Assembly (NCBI GenBank): GCA_963720465.1
Contig: OY970393.1
Coordinates: 192,001 to 256,000, forward strand
DNA from: Methanobacteriota archaeon
Lineage (GTDB): Archaea > Halobacteriota > Bog-38 > Methanoflorentales > Methanoflorentaceae
DNA length: 64,000 nucleotides
Reading direction: 5' to 3'
Shown one piece after another: positions 1-10,012 of this stretch (within the stretch, counting starts at the first letter, position 1; each line of letters starts with the position of its first letter). A program made the position numbers and the translations under genes. Below the pieces are notes generated by a model that was given only the letters and a program-made list of their open reading frames with translations, was not told where the DNA came from and made no database searches.

Positions 1-83
1 CGTTCTGTTACCTCAATTCTCATTTTGCTAAAGAAAGTGCGAGAAGAGTCGCTTTCGGAGTATCCGCCGAGCGGAACGCGTTC

Positions 84-944
84 ATGCAAGGAAATCACAA
101 AACAACCGAGTTTTCTGACATTGATCTAAGTCGCTGGAAGGACTACGACGACGTCATCTTTGACTCCCTGTGGCTCCTCGGCCCACGCGACAAGACCGGG
201 CCGCACGTCGGGGACTACTGGGGCAACTTCATCCCACAGATCCCATATCAAGTGTTGACCCGTTTCACGAAGCGCGGCGAGGTGGTCGTTGACCTCTTCA
301 GCGGCATGGGCACGACGCTTATCGAGTGCAAGCGACTCGGCCGCGCCGGACTCGGCGTCGAGATCGACCCGGGCGTAGCTGAACGCTCATTGGAGCGCAT
401 AAACACCGCTGAGAACCCCTACAACGTTCCGGTCGCCGTGCTCGTGGGTGACTCCACAACGGCTCTAACGGCAAAACGCGTCCGCGCCACGCTTAAGGAA
501 TGGGGCGGAGCCGCGGCCGATTGCATCATCTTGCATCCGCCTTACCACGACATCATCAGGTTCAGCGAATGCGAAGGCGACTTGTCGCGCGTGTCAACAG
601 AGGTCGCTTTTCTGGACAAGATCGGCCTGGTCGTGCGGCGCGCGTATGAGGTGCTGAAGCCGGCCGGGTTCATGGCGCTCGTGATCGGCGACAAATACGT
701 GGATTCGCAGCTCGTCCCGCTCGGATTTATGTGCATGCAGCGCTGCATCGACGCGGGTTTTGTGCTCAAGGCGATCAACGTAAAGGAGATCCTCAACAAC
801 GAGCGCGGCAAGGGCAAGAACGGTAACCTTTGGAAGTATCGCGCGCTCGTGGGCGGGTTCTATCTGTTCAAGCACGAATACGTCATGATCTTTCGCAAGC
901 CAGCGGCTCGTGGCAAGCGAGCACCTAAAGGTGCCGCGCCATAA
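84..944 (+). CDS. N6-adenine/N4-cytosine DNA methyltransferase family protein (HPPY variant)
   Basis: SAM-binding motif I DLFSGMGTT, GVEID, catalytic motif IV variant ILHPPY, C-terminal HEYVMIFRK. Confidence 0.8.
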   Translation: MQGNHKTTEFSDIDLSRWKDYDDVIFDSLWLLGPRDKTGPHVGDYWGNFIPQIPYQVLTRFTKRGEVVVDLFSGMGTTLIECKRLGRAGLGVEIDPGVAERSLERINTAENPYNVPVAVLVGDSTTALTAKRVRATLKEWGGAAADCIILHPPYHDIIRFSECEGDLSRVSTEVAFLDKIGLVVRRAYEVLKPAGFMALVIGDKYVDSQLVPLGFMCMQRCIDAGFVLKAINVKEILNNERGKGKNGNLWKYRALVGGFYLFKHEYVMIFRKPAARGKRAPKGAAP

Positions 945-1785
945 GCTTGTTGACGTCGATATCGTCGATCGGCACGTGCGCGAGGGGCTCCGCGTTTAAG
1001 GAGCGGTACTCCTCGTCGAACGTGGGTTTGTCGGCCTCGTACAGCACCCCGATAGGAAGCTTGTCCCCGACTTCCTGCGCTTTTTTGAGGGCGAGCTCGT
1101 AATTGGAGCGATCGTACTCCGTTTCGTCAAGCGTGTACACGTGGTCGTTCCACCACTTCCAGGTGTTGACGTGGTTGAATGTGACGCACGGCTGTCCGAT
1201 GTCGACGAGCGAGAATCCCTTGTGCCGGATCGCTTTAGTCATAAGGTCGCTGAGGTGCTTGTTCTCGCCGCTGAAGCCGCGTCCGACAAAGGTCGCTCCG
1301 GCGAGCAGCGCGAGGGGCAGCGGCGTGACGGGCGAAGCAACGACGCCTTCCGGGGCCACTTTCCACTTCGTGCCCTTGAAGCTTGTTGGCGAGGGCTGGC
1401 CGGTCGTGAGGCCGTAGACCTGGTTATCGTGCACAAAAACCGTGATGTCGATGTTTCGTCGCGCGGCGTGCAAAAGATGGCCGAGTCCCTCACCATACGT
1501 GTCGCCGTCTCCCGCGTGCACGATGACCGTAAGGTCGCCGTTTGCGAGTTTGATGCCCTGCGCCACGGGGATCGACCTCCCGTGTAGGCTGTGGAGCACG
1601 TATGTGTTGATCCAGTAGCTGAGGTTTCCAGAGCACCCGATGCCGCACACGATCGCCGTCGTATGGGGGGCGAGGTCCATGCTCGCGTAAGCGGCTTTCA
1701 TCGCGTTCCAAATCCCGAAGTTGCCGCACCCCGGACACCACGTGGGCCAGGTGTCAGGCACGTCATAGCGATGCACGTCTCCCAT
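925..1785 (-). CDS. 2-oxoacid:ferredoxin oxidoreductase beta subunit (TPP-binding)
   Basis: WCPGCG, GIGCSG, LHGR, GDGD...DNQVYGLTTGQ.SPT, QPCVTFN; start placed at ATG 1785, directly after the alpha-subunit stop. Confidence 0.92.
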   Translation of the reverse strand: MGDVHRYDVPDTWPTWCPGCGNFGIWNAMKAAYASMDLAPHTTAIVCGIGCSGNLSYWINTYVLHSLHGRSIPVAQGIKLANGDLTVIVHAGDGDTYGEGLGHLLHAARRNIDITVFVHDNQVYGLTTGQPSPTSFKGTKWKVAPEGVVASPVTPLPLALLAGATFVGRGFSGENKHLSDLMTKAIRHKGFSLVDIGQPCVTFNHVNTWKWWNDHVYTLDETEYDRSNYELALKKAQEVGDKLPIGVLYEADKPTFDEEYRSLNAEPLAHVPIDDIDVNKLMARHL

Positions 1786-1786
1786 T

Positions 1787-3511
1787 TCAGAGCACCTCTT
1801 TGATGCGATTGTAGAGTTCGTCCGCGTTGAACGCCCTCCCGTCATACCTTAAAATGGTGTGATCCGGGCGGATCTGGGCGTGCTCTTTGATGAGGCTGCC
1901 GAGCTGCGCTCCCCGATTGTTCTCAATTAAAATGACGCGAGTCCCCTCAAGACGCTCTCTTACCAATTGTGAGGGGAAGGGGCTCATAAATAGGACCTGC
2001 AAAAACCCGAGATCAATGCCGTCATTTCCTCGAAGGAGGTCCATCGCGTCGAGAATGGCTCCTTTCGTCGAGCCCCACCCGACGAGCACCGTGTTCGTCC
2101 CAGAGTTGCCGTGGAACTTGATCCCGTTGACAAGCGTGGCCGCCGTGAAGTACTTCCTGCACCGTTTGTCGACCTGCGTTGCGACAACCGGGGCGTCTTC
2201 CGAGAAGTAGCCACGCTCGTCGTGTTCATCGCTGTTTGAGTTGAATATGCCTCCTGGCAGTCCCGGAACGGTTCGCGTTGACACGCCGGTGGGAGTCGCC
2301 TCATAGCGCTTGAAATCGGGAGGTACGTCGCCCTTGGCGAGCAGCAAGCCGCGATCGACGCTCAGCCCTTCAGTTGTGAACGGTTCTGCCGCAAAAAACG
2401 ACGTCGCCAGATGCTTATCGGTCAGGATAAGCACAGGCGTTTGGAGTGCATCAGCGAGATTGAACGCCCTGAAAGTTTCGAAAAAGCACTCTTCGGGGTC
2501 GCCTGGCGCGAGTACTACCCTGAAGAAGTCCCCCTGAGATGCGTGGAGGCAGAATCGCAGGTCGCCTTGGGCCGTTCGCGTCGCGAGCCCAGTGGAAGGA
2601 CCTGGGCGCTGACCTTCGACGACGACCAGCGGGTTCTCGGTCGCCCCTGCGAGGCCGAGCCCCTCGACCATGAGTGAAAAGCCTCCGCCCGAGGTTGCTA
2701 CCATTGAGCGAGCGCCCGCAAAGCTGGCTCCAACGGCGAGGTTGATCCCGGCGATTTCATCCTCGGGCTGTATCATCATAACGCCGTACTCGCGCGCGTG
2801 CGCAGCCATGTACGTCATAATGGTGTGCGTTGGCGTCATCGGATAGATGGCGATGAACTTCATTCCGGCTTTGAGGGCGCCTATGCAGATCGCGTCATTC
2901 CCAGTCAGAGTCATTCTGGGCGGCCCTTCGATCGAGGCCATCCCGCCCCTGTACGGCTCTGGGTAGGTGCGGGTTACGTACTCGTATCCCGCCCGTGCTG
3001 CGCCCACGTTTTGTTCGACGATTTTTTCGCCTTTATCGCCAAACGCGTCTTGAATGGCTGCATTTAGTAGGGCAAGCTCATAGCCGATCAGGCCGATGGA
3101 GGCCCCCATGGCGGCCATGTTCATGGCCACCTTAGGGAGGTGGAGGTCCGACATGAGCTGCGCGAGGGGTACGTCACACAGGGTAATATCTTCGCGCGCT
3201 GGCGCAACGTTGGAGTTTGCCGCGTCGTAGAGAAGCAAACCGCCGGGAATTAAATCGTCCAGATCCAGTTCTATTGTTTCCGCATTCAGCGCCACAAGGA
3301 CGTCGACGGGCTGGATCGGAGCCCGTATCTGCTGAGCGTCAATCCTGACCTGAAAGGTATTATGGCCACCGCGGATTAGTGAAGGGTATTCGGTGTGCGC
3401 TACAACGTAGTACCCGCCTCTGATAAACGCTTTTGAGAAGATCTCTCCGACGGTCATTATGCCGTATCCGGCTTCGCCCCCAATCTTCCAATTCAGTTGA
3501 CTGTTACTCAT
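1787..3511 (-). CDS. 2-oxoacid:ferredoxin oxidoreductase alpha subunit (fused gamma-alpha type)
   Basis: GGEAGYG, SLIRGGH, YPMTP, EDEIAG, ATSGGGFSLM, QRPGPSTGL. Confidence 0.93.
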   Translation of the reverse strand: MSNSQLNWKIGGEAGYGIMTVGEIFSKAFIRGGYYVVAHTEYPSLIRGGHNTFQVRIDAQQIRAPIQPVDVLVALNAETIELDLDDLIPGGLLLYDAANSNVAPAREDITLCDVPLAQLMSDLHLPKVAMNMAAMGASIGLIGYELALLNAAIQDAFGDKGEKIVEQNVGAARAGYEYVTRTYPEPYRGGMASIEGPPRMTLTGNDAICIGALKAGMKFIAIYPMTPTHTIMTYMAAHAREYGVMMIQPEDEIAGINLAVGASFAGARSMVATSGGGFSLMVEGLGLAGATENPLVVVEGQRPGPSTGLATRTAQGDLRFCLHASQGDFFRVVLAPGDPEECFFETFRAFNLADALQTPVLILTDKHLATSFFAAEPFTTEGLSVDRGLLLAKGDVPPDFKRYEATPTGVSTRTVPGLPGGIFNSNSDEHDERGYFSEDAPVVATQVDKRCRKYFTAATLVNGIKFHGNSGTNTVLVGWGSTKGAILDAMDLLRGNDGIDLGFLQVLFMSPFPSQLVRERLEGTRVILIENNRGAQLGSLIKEHAQIRPDHTILRYDGRAFNADELYNRIKEVL

Positions 3512-3594
3512 CGCGTCTCCTCATTTCTTTCTCCTGCGCAGACGTGACCCGTCCTGCCGTTGAAGCTCCTTCCGGTCGACACGCATGCAGAGCG

Positions 3595-3615
3595 AGTCTA
3601 AGACGTCTTAAGACT
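3595..3615. promoter_or_regulatory. Palindromic candidate operator upstream of the oxidoreductase operon
   Basis: Perfect 12-bp palindrome TAAGACGTCTTA (3599-3610) within imperfect AGTCTAAGACGTCTTAAGACT, about 85 bp upstream of the alpha-subunit start. Confidence 0.4.
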
Positions 3616-3891
3616 TGTGGCCAGAGTGATATACCTTGAGCATTTTTTTTGGGGCGCAATTTCTGCAATAAGTGCGGAAAAGCCGGCCAAGCGAGTGGCT
3701 CTCTTCAGACGAACAAACGCTGACATATCGCGGGTGGAACAACTGCCTCAAGGGTCTTGACCAAGCGCGAACGAGGTCGCGCAAGCTTTGCCTGACTATT
3801 TGAGCATAATCTAATCCTGACGGTGGCTCAGCACTTGCCCAGGCGGGTTTAGAGAACGTGGAAATGCTTCTGTCCAGTCGTCGGACTGCAA

Positions 3892-4326
3892 TTACTCTGA
3901 GGTGACGGCGCTGAGCTTCTCTATCAAGATCTTGTAGACGCCCCCAACTCGGCCACTTGCTATGGCTCGTGCGGTCTCCTCATATGATCCCTCGATCAAA
4001 TTGATGTTCTTTTCGATTGCCCTGAGCGACTCTCTGAGTTCCGCAGGATCGGTGACGCGGCTGATCCAGCCCTCAATGATGACCGATGTCCAGTCGAGCA
4101 AGCCCTTAATATCGTGAATTTCAAAGCAGGCTCTTTGATTTGCTTCAAGATATTCCAGCGTTCGTCCGCGCGAGTGTTGGTAGAGGAGAAGTGCGGCATC
4201 AGTGTGCGTGTAGGCGATCGGGATGCTATAAGGCTGATTCCTATTGCACAGGGCTAAATTTCCGTACTTTTTTGTTTTGATAAACGCTAATGCTTCGTCT
4301 TTTGAGAGTTCTTGCATGCTAATCAC
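3892..4326 (-). CDS. Pyridoxamine 5'-phosphate oxidase-like (NimA-type) FMN-binding protein
   Basis: G.LAL...QPYSIPIAY, NQRACFEI, WTSVIIEG split-barrel pattern. Confidence 0.8.
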   Translation of the reverse strand: MISMQELSKDEALAFIKTKKYGNLALCNRNQPYSIPIAYTHTDAALLLYQHSRGRTLEYLEANQRACFEIHDIKGLLDWTSVIIEGWISRVTDPAELRESLRAIEKNINLIEGSYEETARAIASGRVGGVYKILIEKLSAVTSE

Positions 4327-4520
4327 CTAAAACACGATTGGTAAAAAATGTATTTATAGGTAGAAGTGAAAGCACCAGATTGTTGATGGATTTAGTCAGT
4401 CTTCGTTGGGCCGTCGGACCTTTTCTATTTTTTGAAGACGGCTTTTTACGTGAGGGTCTTCTCGGAAGCGGGTCAATCTGGCGGCAAGAAGCCGAAAAAG
4501 CCCCAGACACAACTCTAATG

Positions 4521-4528
4521 TTTATATA
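4521..4528 (+). promoter_or_regulatory. TATA box upstream of aIF1
   Basis: TTTATATA about 55 bp upstream of the ATG; GGAGGT SD-like element between them. Confidence 0.5.
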
Positions 4529-4583
4529 ATCTGAGGCGACATAACTAGATACATACCGAGAAATCGGAGGTTTCGAAAAAGGC

Positions 4584-4892
4584 ATGAGCTCTGGAATGTG
4601 TACCGTTTGCGGACTCCCTAGCGAGTTATGCATATGCGAAGAAGTAGCCAAGGAACAGCAGCGAATAACGGTGAAGGTAAACAAAAGGCGCTACGGAAAG
4701 GAGGTCACCGTAATAGAGGGAATGGACCCTCACGAAATCGACCTCGCCGAGCTTACGAGCTACCTCAAGGCACGACTTGCATGCGGAGGAACTGTGAAAG
4801 ACGGTCTCATTGAATTGCAAGGGAATCACAAGGACAGAGTCAAAGAAATCCTTGCGGGAAAAGGATTCTCTGCCGCGCAGATCAAAGCTTAG
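4584..4892 (+). CDS. sui1: Translation initiation factor aIF1 (SUI1 family)
   Basis: [40 protein letters not shown]. Confidence 0.95.
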   Translation: MSSGMCTVCGLPSELCICEEVAKEQQRITVKVNKRRYGKEVTVIEGMDPHEIDLAELTSYLKARLACGGTVKDGLIELQGNHKDRVKEILAGKGFSAAQIKA

Positions 4893-5348
4893 ATTCGGCT
4901 GCGTAAGCATTGGTATGGAACCCGGTTTCATATAAGCGAAAAATGGCGGCTCACGCCCCATTCTCTCGTAACTATCTGTTGTTCTGAGGTGCTTTTACAG
5001 ACGCCCATCGATGTGCGGGGATCTCCGTACGGCCTATGCGCTCTTCACTGTTTTGTGCAAAGGTCCTCTTCTTACCGAACCCCATCGGTCAGAAACTTAG
5101 ACCACGTTTGTCTTTTGACATAGCGGGTCGCCGCGCACTATGAAATCCGGTCACGGCATTTTGTGACAGCGTCATTTTTCGAAGTTTATTGATTGGCACG
5201 ACGCGATTTCATCGTTTTTAGAAAATGCCGCACTCTTTTCAGCATAGCTAAATATTTTTAGCATGGCTCGACTCTGTATTGTATGTAAAGCTGGGAGTTT
5301 AGCGGTGAGGCCGCCGCTGCGCCATCTCGGCGCTGCCCCAACAGGAGA

Positions 5349-6410
5349 ATGACTTTGAACGTAGACTATGGCGACCACGAAACGGCACTCAAGCTGTCCG
5401 ACAAAATAGGCCAGCTCGCGCGCAAACACGGCAAAGAGATCAAGATAATGCACGTCTGTGGAACCCACGAGGCGTCGATAACTCGTTTCGGCGTGAGATC
5501 CCTCTTGCCTGAAACCTTTCGAGTAGTCATGGGTCCCGGCTGCCCGGTGTGCATCACCCCCCAAGGCGAAATCGATGCGGCCATAAAGATGGCGAAGGAT
5601 GGCATTACGGTCGCGACCTACGGAGATCTAATGCGCGTGCCCGGGACTGAAGGGTCTCTTGCCGACTCAGGAGGGGACGTGCACATCGTCGGCAGCATCA
5701 CGCACGCTGTGGAGCTCGCAAAAAAGACCGACAATGAAGTGGTATTTATCGCTGTGGGATTCGAAACAACCGCGCCAACCACGTCTGTAGCGCTATTGCA
5801 GACGCTGCCTGATAATTTTTCGATCATGTGCTCGCATCGGCTCATTCCTCCGGCGCTACGGTGGCTTTTGGAGCAAGTATACCAATCTGGGGCCCAAATA
5901 GACGGTTTTTTGCTGCCGGGACACGTCTGCACTATTATCGGGTTGCGCCCATTCGAAGAATTCCAAGTTCCACAGGTAGTTGCAGGATTTGAGCCTAATG
6001 ACGTGCTCTATGGGCTCTATCTTATCGCCAAGCAAATTGTTAATGGCGAGCACAAGGTGGAAAATGCCTATCCGCGTGTCGTGCACTACGAAGGAAACGT
6101 CAAAGCGCAAGAGCTCATGCAACGGACATTCGACGTCGTTGACGTTGAATGGCGCGGTTTTCCTGTGATCAGTCAGTCAGGGTATGCGATAAAAGGTGAG
6201 TTTGCGTCCTACGATGCTCGCCTTAGGCACAATCTTGATTTTACGAGCAAAAAAGTCAAAACCGGGTGTATTTGCAACCTCGTCTTGCAGGGGCTCAGAG
6301 TGCCGACCGACTGCAAACTCTTTGCAAAGGTCTGCATGCCGCACAAAGCGGTAGGGCCGTGCATGGTTTCCGGCGAAGGTGCGTGTAACGTGTGGTACAA
6401 GAATCGCTGA
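5349..6410 (+). CDS. hypD: Hydrogenase maturation protein HypD
   Basis: HVCGTHE, GPGCPVC, GFETTAP, PGHV, GPCMVS.EGAC. Confidence 0.96.
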   Translation: MTLNVDYGDHETALKLSDKIGQLARKHGKEIKIMHVCGTHEASITRFGVRSLLPETFRVVMGPGCPVCITPQGEIDAAIKMAKDGITVATYGDLMRVPGTEGSLADSGGDVHIVGSITHAVELAKKTDNEVVFIAVGFETTAPTTSVALLQTLPDNFSIMCSHRLIPPALRWLLEQVYQSGAQIDGFLLPGHVCTIIGLRPFEEFQVPQVVAGFEPNDVLYGLYLIAKQIVNGEHKVENAYPRVVHYEGNVKAQELMQRTFDVVDVEWRGFPVISQSGYAIKGEFASYDARLRHNLDFTSKKVKTGCICNLVLQGLRVPTDCKLFAKVCMPHKAVGPCMVSGEGACNVWYKNR

Positions 6411-6632
6411 GGCCGTGCCCGCTACCCTCAGACCTGTCGGTCCTCCAACTACTGTATTGCGCAAAGACTATCACGTCCCGTGCACCTAGGGTGTTCGCTA
6501 TTCGTACGCATTGAGCTGCGCGTTAGAAAGTCGGATATCAACTCACGGTGCTCGCTGATGAGGGCGGCCATCGCGTGCTTGCCGAGCGACACGTGGTTTG
6601 TATAGGCGCTGATAGCCGCCGCAGGGAGTTCC

Positions 6633-7436
6633 GTGTCGCGGGAAAAAACAATTCTGATCACGAACGACGATGGAATAGGGTCCCTGGGGCTAGTCGCAGC
6701 AGCAAACGCGCTAAGCGATCTTGGCAGACTCATCGTCGTCGCGCCGTCGTTCCAAAAAAGCGGCGTAGGAAGGTCACTTTCGCTCTTTGAGCCAATTCGG
6801 GTATCCAGTGCGAATGTTGAGGGACACGAAGCATATGCGGTCGCAGGGACCCCTACGGACGCCGTGCTCATTGCTGAATACGCGATCTTGAAACGGAAAC
6901 CAGATCTGTTGGTGGCAGGCATCAACGTCGGCGAGAATCTTAGCACAGAGTCCGTCATGACCTCGGGCACCTTAGGCGCCGCGTTAACTGGCGCAAGCCA
7001 GGACATTCCCGCGATTGCCATCTCACTGCAGGCGCACCGGGCACACGTCTTTGAGACACGATCCGAAGTAGATTTTGGTTTGGCAGCAGACGTTGGCAGG
7101 ACATTAGCCGCTCACACCATTGCACGCGGGCTACCGGCGAAGGTAGATGTGCTGAACGTTAACGTTCCGATGGGTGCTGCCGTCGCGCGATACAAAACAA
7201 CGCGGCTCCAGCGAAACGTTTTTGACATCAGGATCATAGAACGCTTGGACCCGCGCGGAAACGCTTACTTTTGGATCGGAAGCGACCTTAAGAATAGTCA
7301 GCAGCCCGATACCGATGTTTACGCCCTGAACAACGGGTTTGTCTCCGTTACACCACTCACGCTCGACAACACCGCAGCTACCGACAAACGCTCACTCCAA
7401 GAGTGGCTCAAGGAGGTTGATCGCGGTTCGCGCTAG
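6633..7436 (+). CDS. surE: 5'/3'-nucleotidase SurE
   Basis: ILITNDDG, QKSGVG, GTPTD, GINVGEN, SGTLGAA, SVTPL. Confidence 0.95.
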   Translation: MSREKTILITNDDGIGSLGLVAAANALSDLGRLIVVAPSFQKSGVGRSLSLFEPIRVSSANVEGHEAYAVAGTPTDAVLIAEYAILKRKPDLLVAGINVGENLSTESVMTSGTLGAALTGASQDIPAIAISLQAHRAHVFETRSEVDFGLAADVGRTLAAHTIARGLPAKVDVLNVNVPMGAAVARYKTTRLQRNVFDIRIIERLDPRGNAYFWIGSDLKNSQQPDTDVYALNNGFVSVTPLTLDNTAATDKRSLQEWLKEVDRGSR

Positions 7437-10012
7437 GTGACCTGAGCGGTCAGTTCAATCAGTTTAAATCCACCCACTTCGAGTCCGACGGTGAAACCGC
7501 GGATGTTGCTGCTTTCGCGCACTCCTTGATCGTACCAGTCATCGATTTCGCTGTGGAACACCCGTATTCGATAGCGGCCGGGCGTGACGTAGGTTTCGAC
7601 GATCTTACTCACGCTGAAAGTGAACGAAGTCGAACTATCCGCCATGTTGCCGACACAGATAACGACGTGGGACGGCGACGCGAGCGCAACGAGGTGTATC
7701 TCTTCAAGCTGCTCGTGAATCATGGCCGAAACATCATCATCGAGTTCGATGCCAGCGTTTTTCAAACTCGTCCCAAACGGATAGTTTGCGAAAATAGTGA
7801 GGCGCCCTTTTACCCAGCACGCAAAATAGGTCACAGCGCTGCCGTGATACGGCATGTTTGAGAGGCTTACCCATTTCCATCTGAGGGGAATGTTGGGGTT
7901 GATGTGCAACCCGCGGTAGAGGCCGACGCCACACACGCCTTCCACGGCGGTCCACAAGTATTTCGGTGGGAACCACGGCGAAAGCTTCATGCCGTTATTG
8001 ACGAGGGATTCCCCGTGATACCACTCGGAGAACTGCCCCGGCACGGTGTTCTGGTTTGTTGGGTCAAGCTCGTACTGGCGAAACGTGCCGCGCATGATGC
8101 TTACCATAACATCCGGCTGATGTGTCGAGCACGAGTAGGCAAACATGAAGGCAACGTCAGGCCACACGCCGCCCGTCAAGCCCCATCCTCGTTCGGGATG
8201 GTAGTTGAGCGCCGTCCGCGGCACGGTCCGTAAGCCTGCTGTCGTTAAGAAGTCGGGGCGGTTGAGCCGGTCGATGATGAGGTGCGATGTTGCAGGGGTG
8301 GCTACGTTCCAAATCACCGGAAATATTAGATCGCACGTAACGTCCGGGTGCTCATTGCCGGCCACATCGATGTTTAGGTAGTAAAGACCGCTCTTGAGGT
8401 CGATTAAGTGCGTGTTGATCGCGTTCTTGAGCTTCCTGGCTTCCGTTCGAAAATATGCCGCTCGATCGTCGTGGCCCATGAAATCGGCCAACAGCGCAGT
8501 CGCTCGCAGCGCCGCGAAGCATTCAGCATTAACCTCGGTAACCGCACCGTTTACGGCGTAGTTTGGGATTATATTCCGCCAGCCGCAGATGCCATAGACG
8601 CCCACGCCGTTTGATTTGCAGTATACGAGGCCACGCTCGTCTTTCTGAGAAACAATGTAATCAGCAGCTTTTTCTATGGAAGGATACATCTCTTCGAGAA
8701 ATGAGCGGTCATCGGTGATCTGGAACGTGTGCTCGACGGCGAGGATGTAGAGCGGCGTATCGTCGTTAATATTGAGCTGATAGTCGTCAACTTCTCCGGT
8801 CACGCCGTTATAGTATTCGGCGATGAGCCCATCGGCGGATTGCAGCCGTTTAAAGACTCTCAGAGCCTCCTTAGAAAACTCCGGAGTTACGTAGTCGCAC
8901 CCAAATGCAAACCACGCGGTATCTCGGGCGACGATATTGCTTGAGAGGCTCGGATCATTCGTGAATCCCCAGCCTTGCGGATAGAGGGCTTTCACGCGAG
9001 CCATATTGGCTTTGGCCCACTGCACCCCTCTGTTAATGACCTGGTCAGGGGTCGTGACCACAGAATAGCTGCATTCATTCACGAAATGCCGTAATGTCTG
9101 TTCGTATGCATTTTCATAGTTTTCAAGCAGCTCAAATGTGCGAATGGCGTCTGCGTCGCCCGCCATCGAGAAGCCAATCACAAAGGTGAACTCTTCCTCC
9201 TCCTCTGGAGGTAGGTCGACGTCCACTTGGATCCTGCCGATGATTGCGCGATTGTCAGCGCTGCCTCTCGCTGAATTTGGTTCAGCAGATTCGTTTTCCA
9301 GCGGAACGTATTGTACGGAACAGCGCTCTGAGGAGAAACTGCCTCCAAGATACTGCTCACACGAAGGACGCAGGCTCGGGGTGACATTGAAATTGTCGGT
9401 GACCGCTGAAATGTCGGTAGTATATGAGCATATTGGATTCGTCGCAGTCGTTCCAAAGAACCTCGTCCAGTGCTCATTGCTTTGATTGCTCGCTATTATG
9501 GCTGCGTTCTTGTAGTTATAACGGATTTCCACATCGGGAGCTGTTGCGAGGTACTTAGGGCGCAGGTCAGAATAGGCCACTATAGAGATCCGCTGGACGT
9601 CTGCGGTTTTGTTCGTAATGTGTAGCCCTAAATAAGCAGCCGCACACTCGTCAAGATGGTCTTGCGGCGCATTTGGCACGTAGAAGATCTCTGAAACGCG
9701 GAGTCCGTGGGCGAGTTTGAACGTGCGTTTTTGAAAGGCCGGATGAATTGTGAAATCTCCGGTGCCAGTCTGTTCAAGCAACACGCCGGATTCCGCGTCG
9801 TAGTAGCGGACGAGCGTTGAGCCAATGACGTTCCTCCCCAGGTCTAGCGAAAACAAGCTTTCGATCGCTCCCGTCGCCTTTGAATTCGCGAAGCATTTCT
9901 TGTTTCCGTAGCTGCTTCCGGTCACCAGTTTGTCATCTGGAAGCACGTAGGCCCACAGATCGTTTATCCGTTCAATCTGCACGATGTTTGCTGCTTCTGC
10001 TTCGCTTCTCAT
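7433..10012 (-). CDS. Large glycoside hydrolase, (alpha/alpha)6-barrel (amylo-alpha-1,6-glucosidase/GH-L-like), family uncertain
   Basis: ARDTAW, Q.ADGLI.E, DDTPLYI, EMYPSIEKAADY, GLRTV, GGVWP, GQFSEW; N-terminal beta-sandwich-like region. Confidence 0.7.
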   Translation of the reverse strand: MRSEAEAANIVQIERINDLWAYVLPDDKLVTGSSYGNKKCFANSKATGAIESLFSLDLGRNVIGSTLVRYYDAESGVLLEQTGTGDFTIHPAFQKRTFKLAHGLRVSEIFYVPNAPQDHLDECAAAYLGLHITNKTADVQRISIVAYSDLRPKYLATAPDVEIRYNYKNAAIIASNQSNEHWTRFFGTTATNPICSYTTDISAVTDNFNVTPSLRPSCEQYLGGSFSSERCSVQYVPLENESAEPNSARGSADNRAIIGRIQVDVDLPPEEEEEFTFVIGFSMAGDADAIRTFELLENYENAYEQTLRHFVNECSYSVVTTPDQVINRGVQWAKANMARVKALYPQGWGFTNDPSLSSNIVARDTAWFAFGCDYVTPEFSKEALRVFKRLQSADGLIAEYYNGVTGEVDDYQLNINDDTPLYILAVEHTFQITDDRSFLEEMYPSIEKAADYIVSQKDERGLVYCKSNGVGVYGICGWRNIIPNYAVNGAVTEVNAECFAALRATALLADFMGHDDRAAYFRTEARKLKNAINTHLIDLKSGLYYLNIDVAGNEHPDVTCDLIFPVIWNVATPATSHLIIDRLNRPDFLTTAGLRTVPRTALNYHPERGWGLTGGVWPDVAFMFAYSCSTHQPDVMVSIMRGTFRQYELDPTNQNTVPGQFSEWYHGESLVNNGMKLSPWFPPKYLWTAVEGVCGVGLYRGLHINPNIPLRWKWVSLSNMPYHGSAVTYFACWVKGRLTIFANYPFGTSLKNAGIELDDDVSAMIHEQLEEIHLVALASPSHVVICVGNMADSSTSFTFSVSKIVETYVTPGRYRIRVFHSEIDDWYDQGVRESSNIRGFTVGLEVGGFKLIELTAQVT

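Noticed and set aside
4893-5348. 455-bp gap between aIF1 and hypD, checked for hypC, tRNA or sRNA
   Set aside because: No MCLxxP HypC start, no cloverleaf, no plausible ORF.
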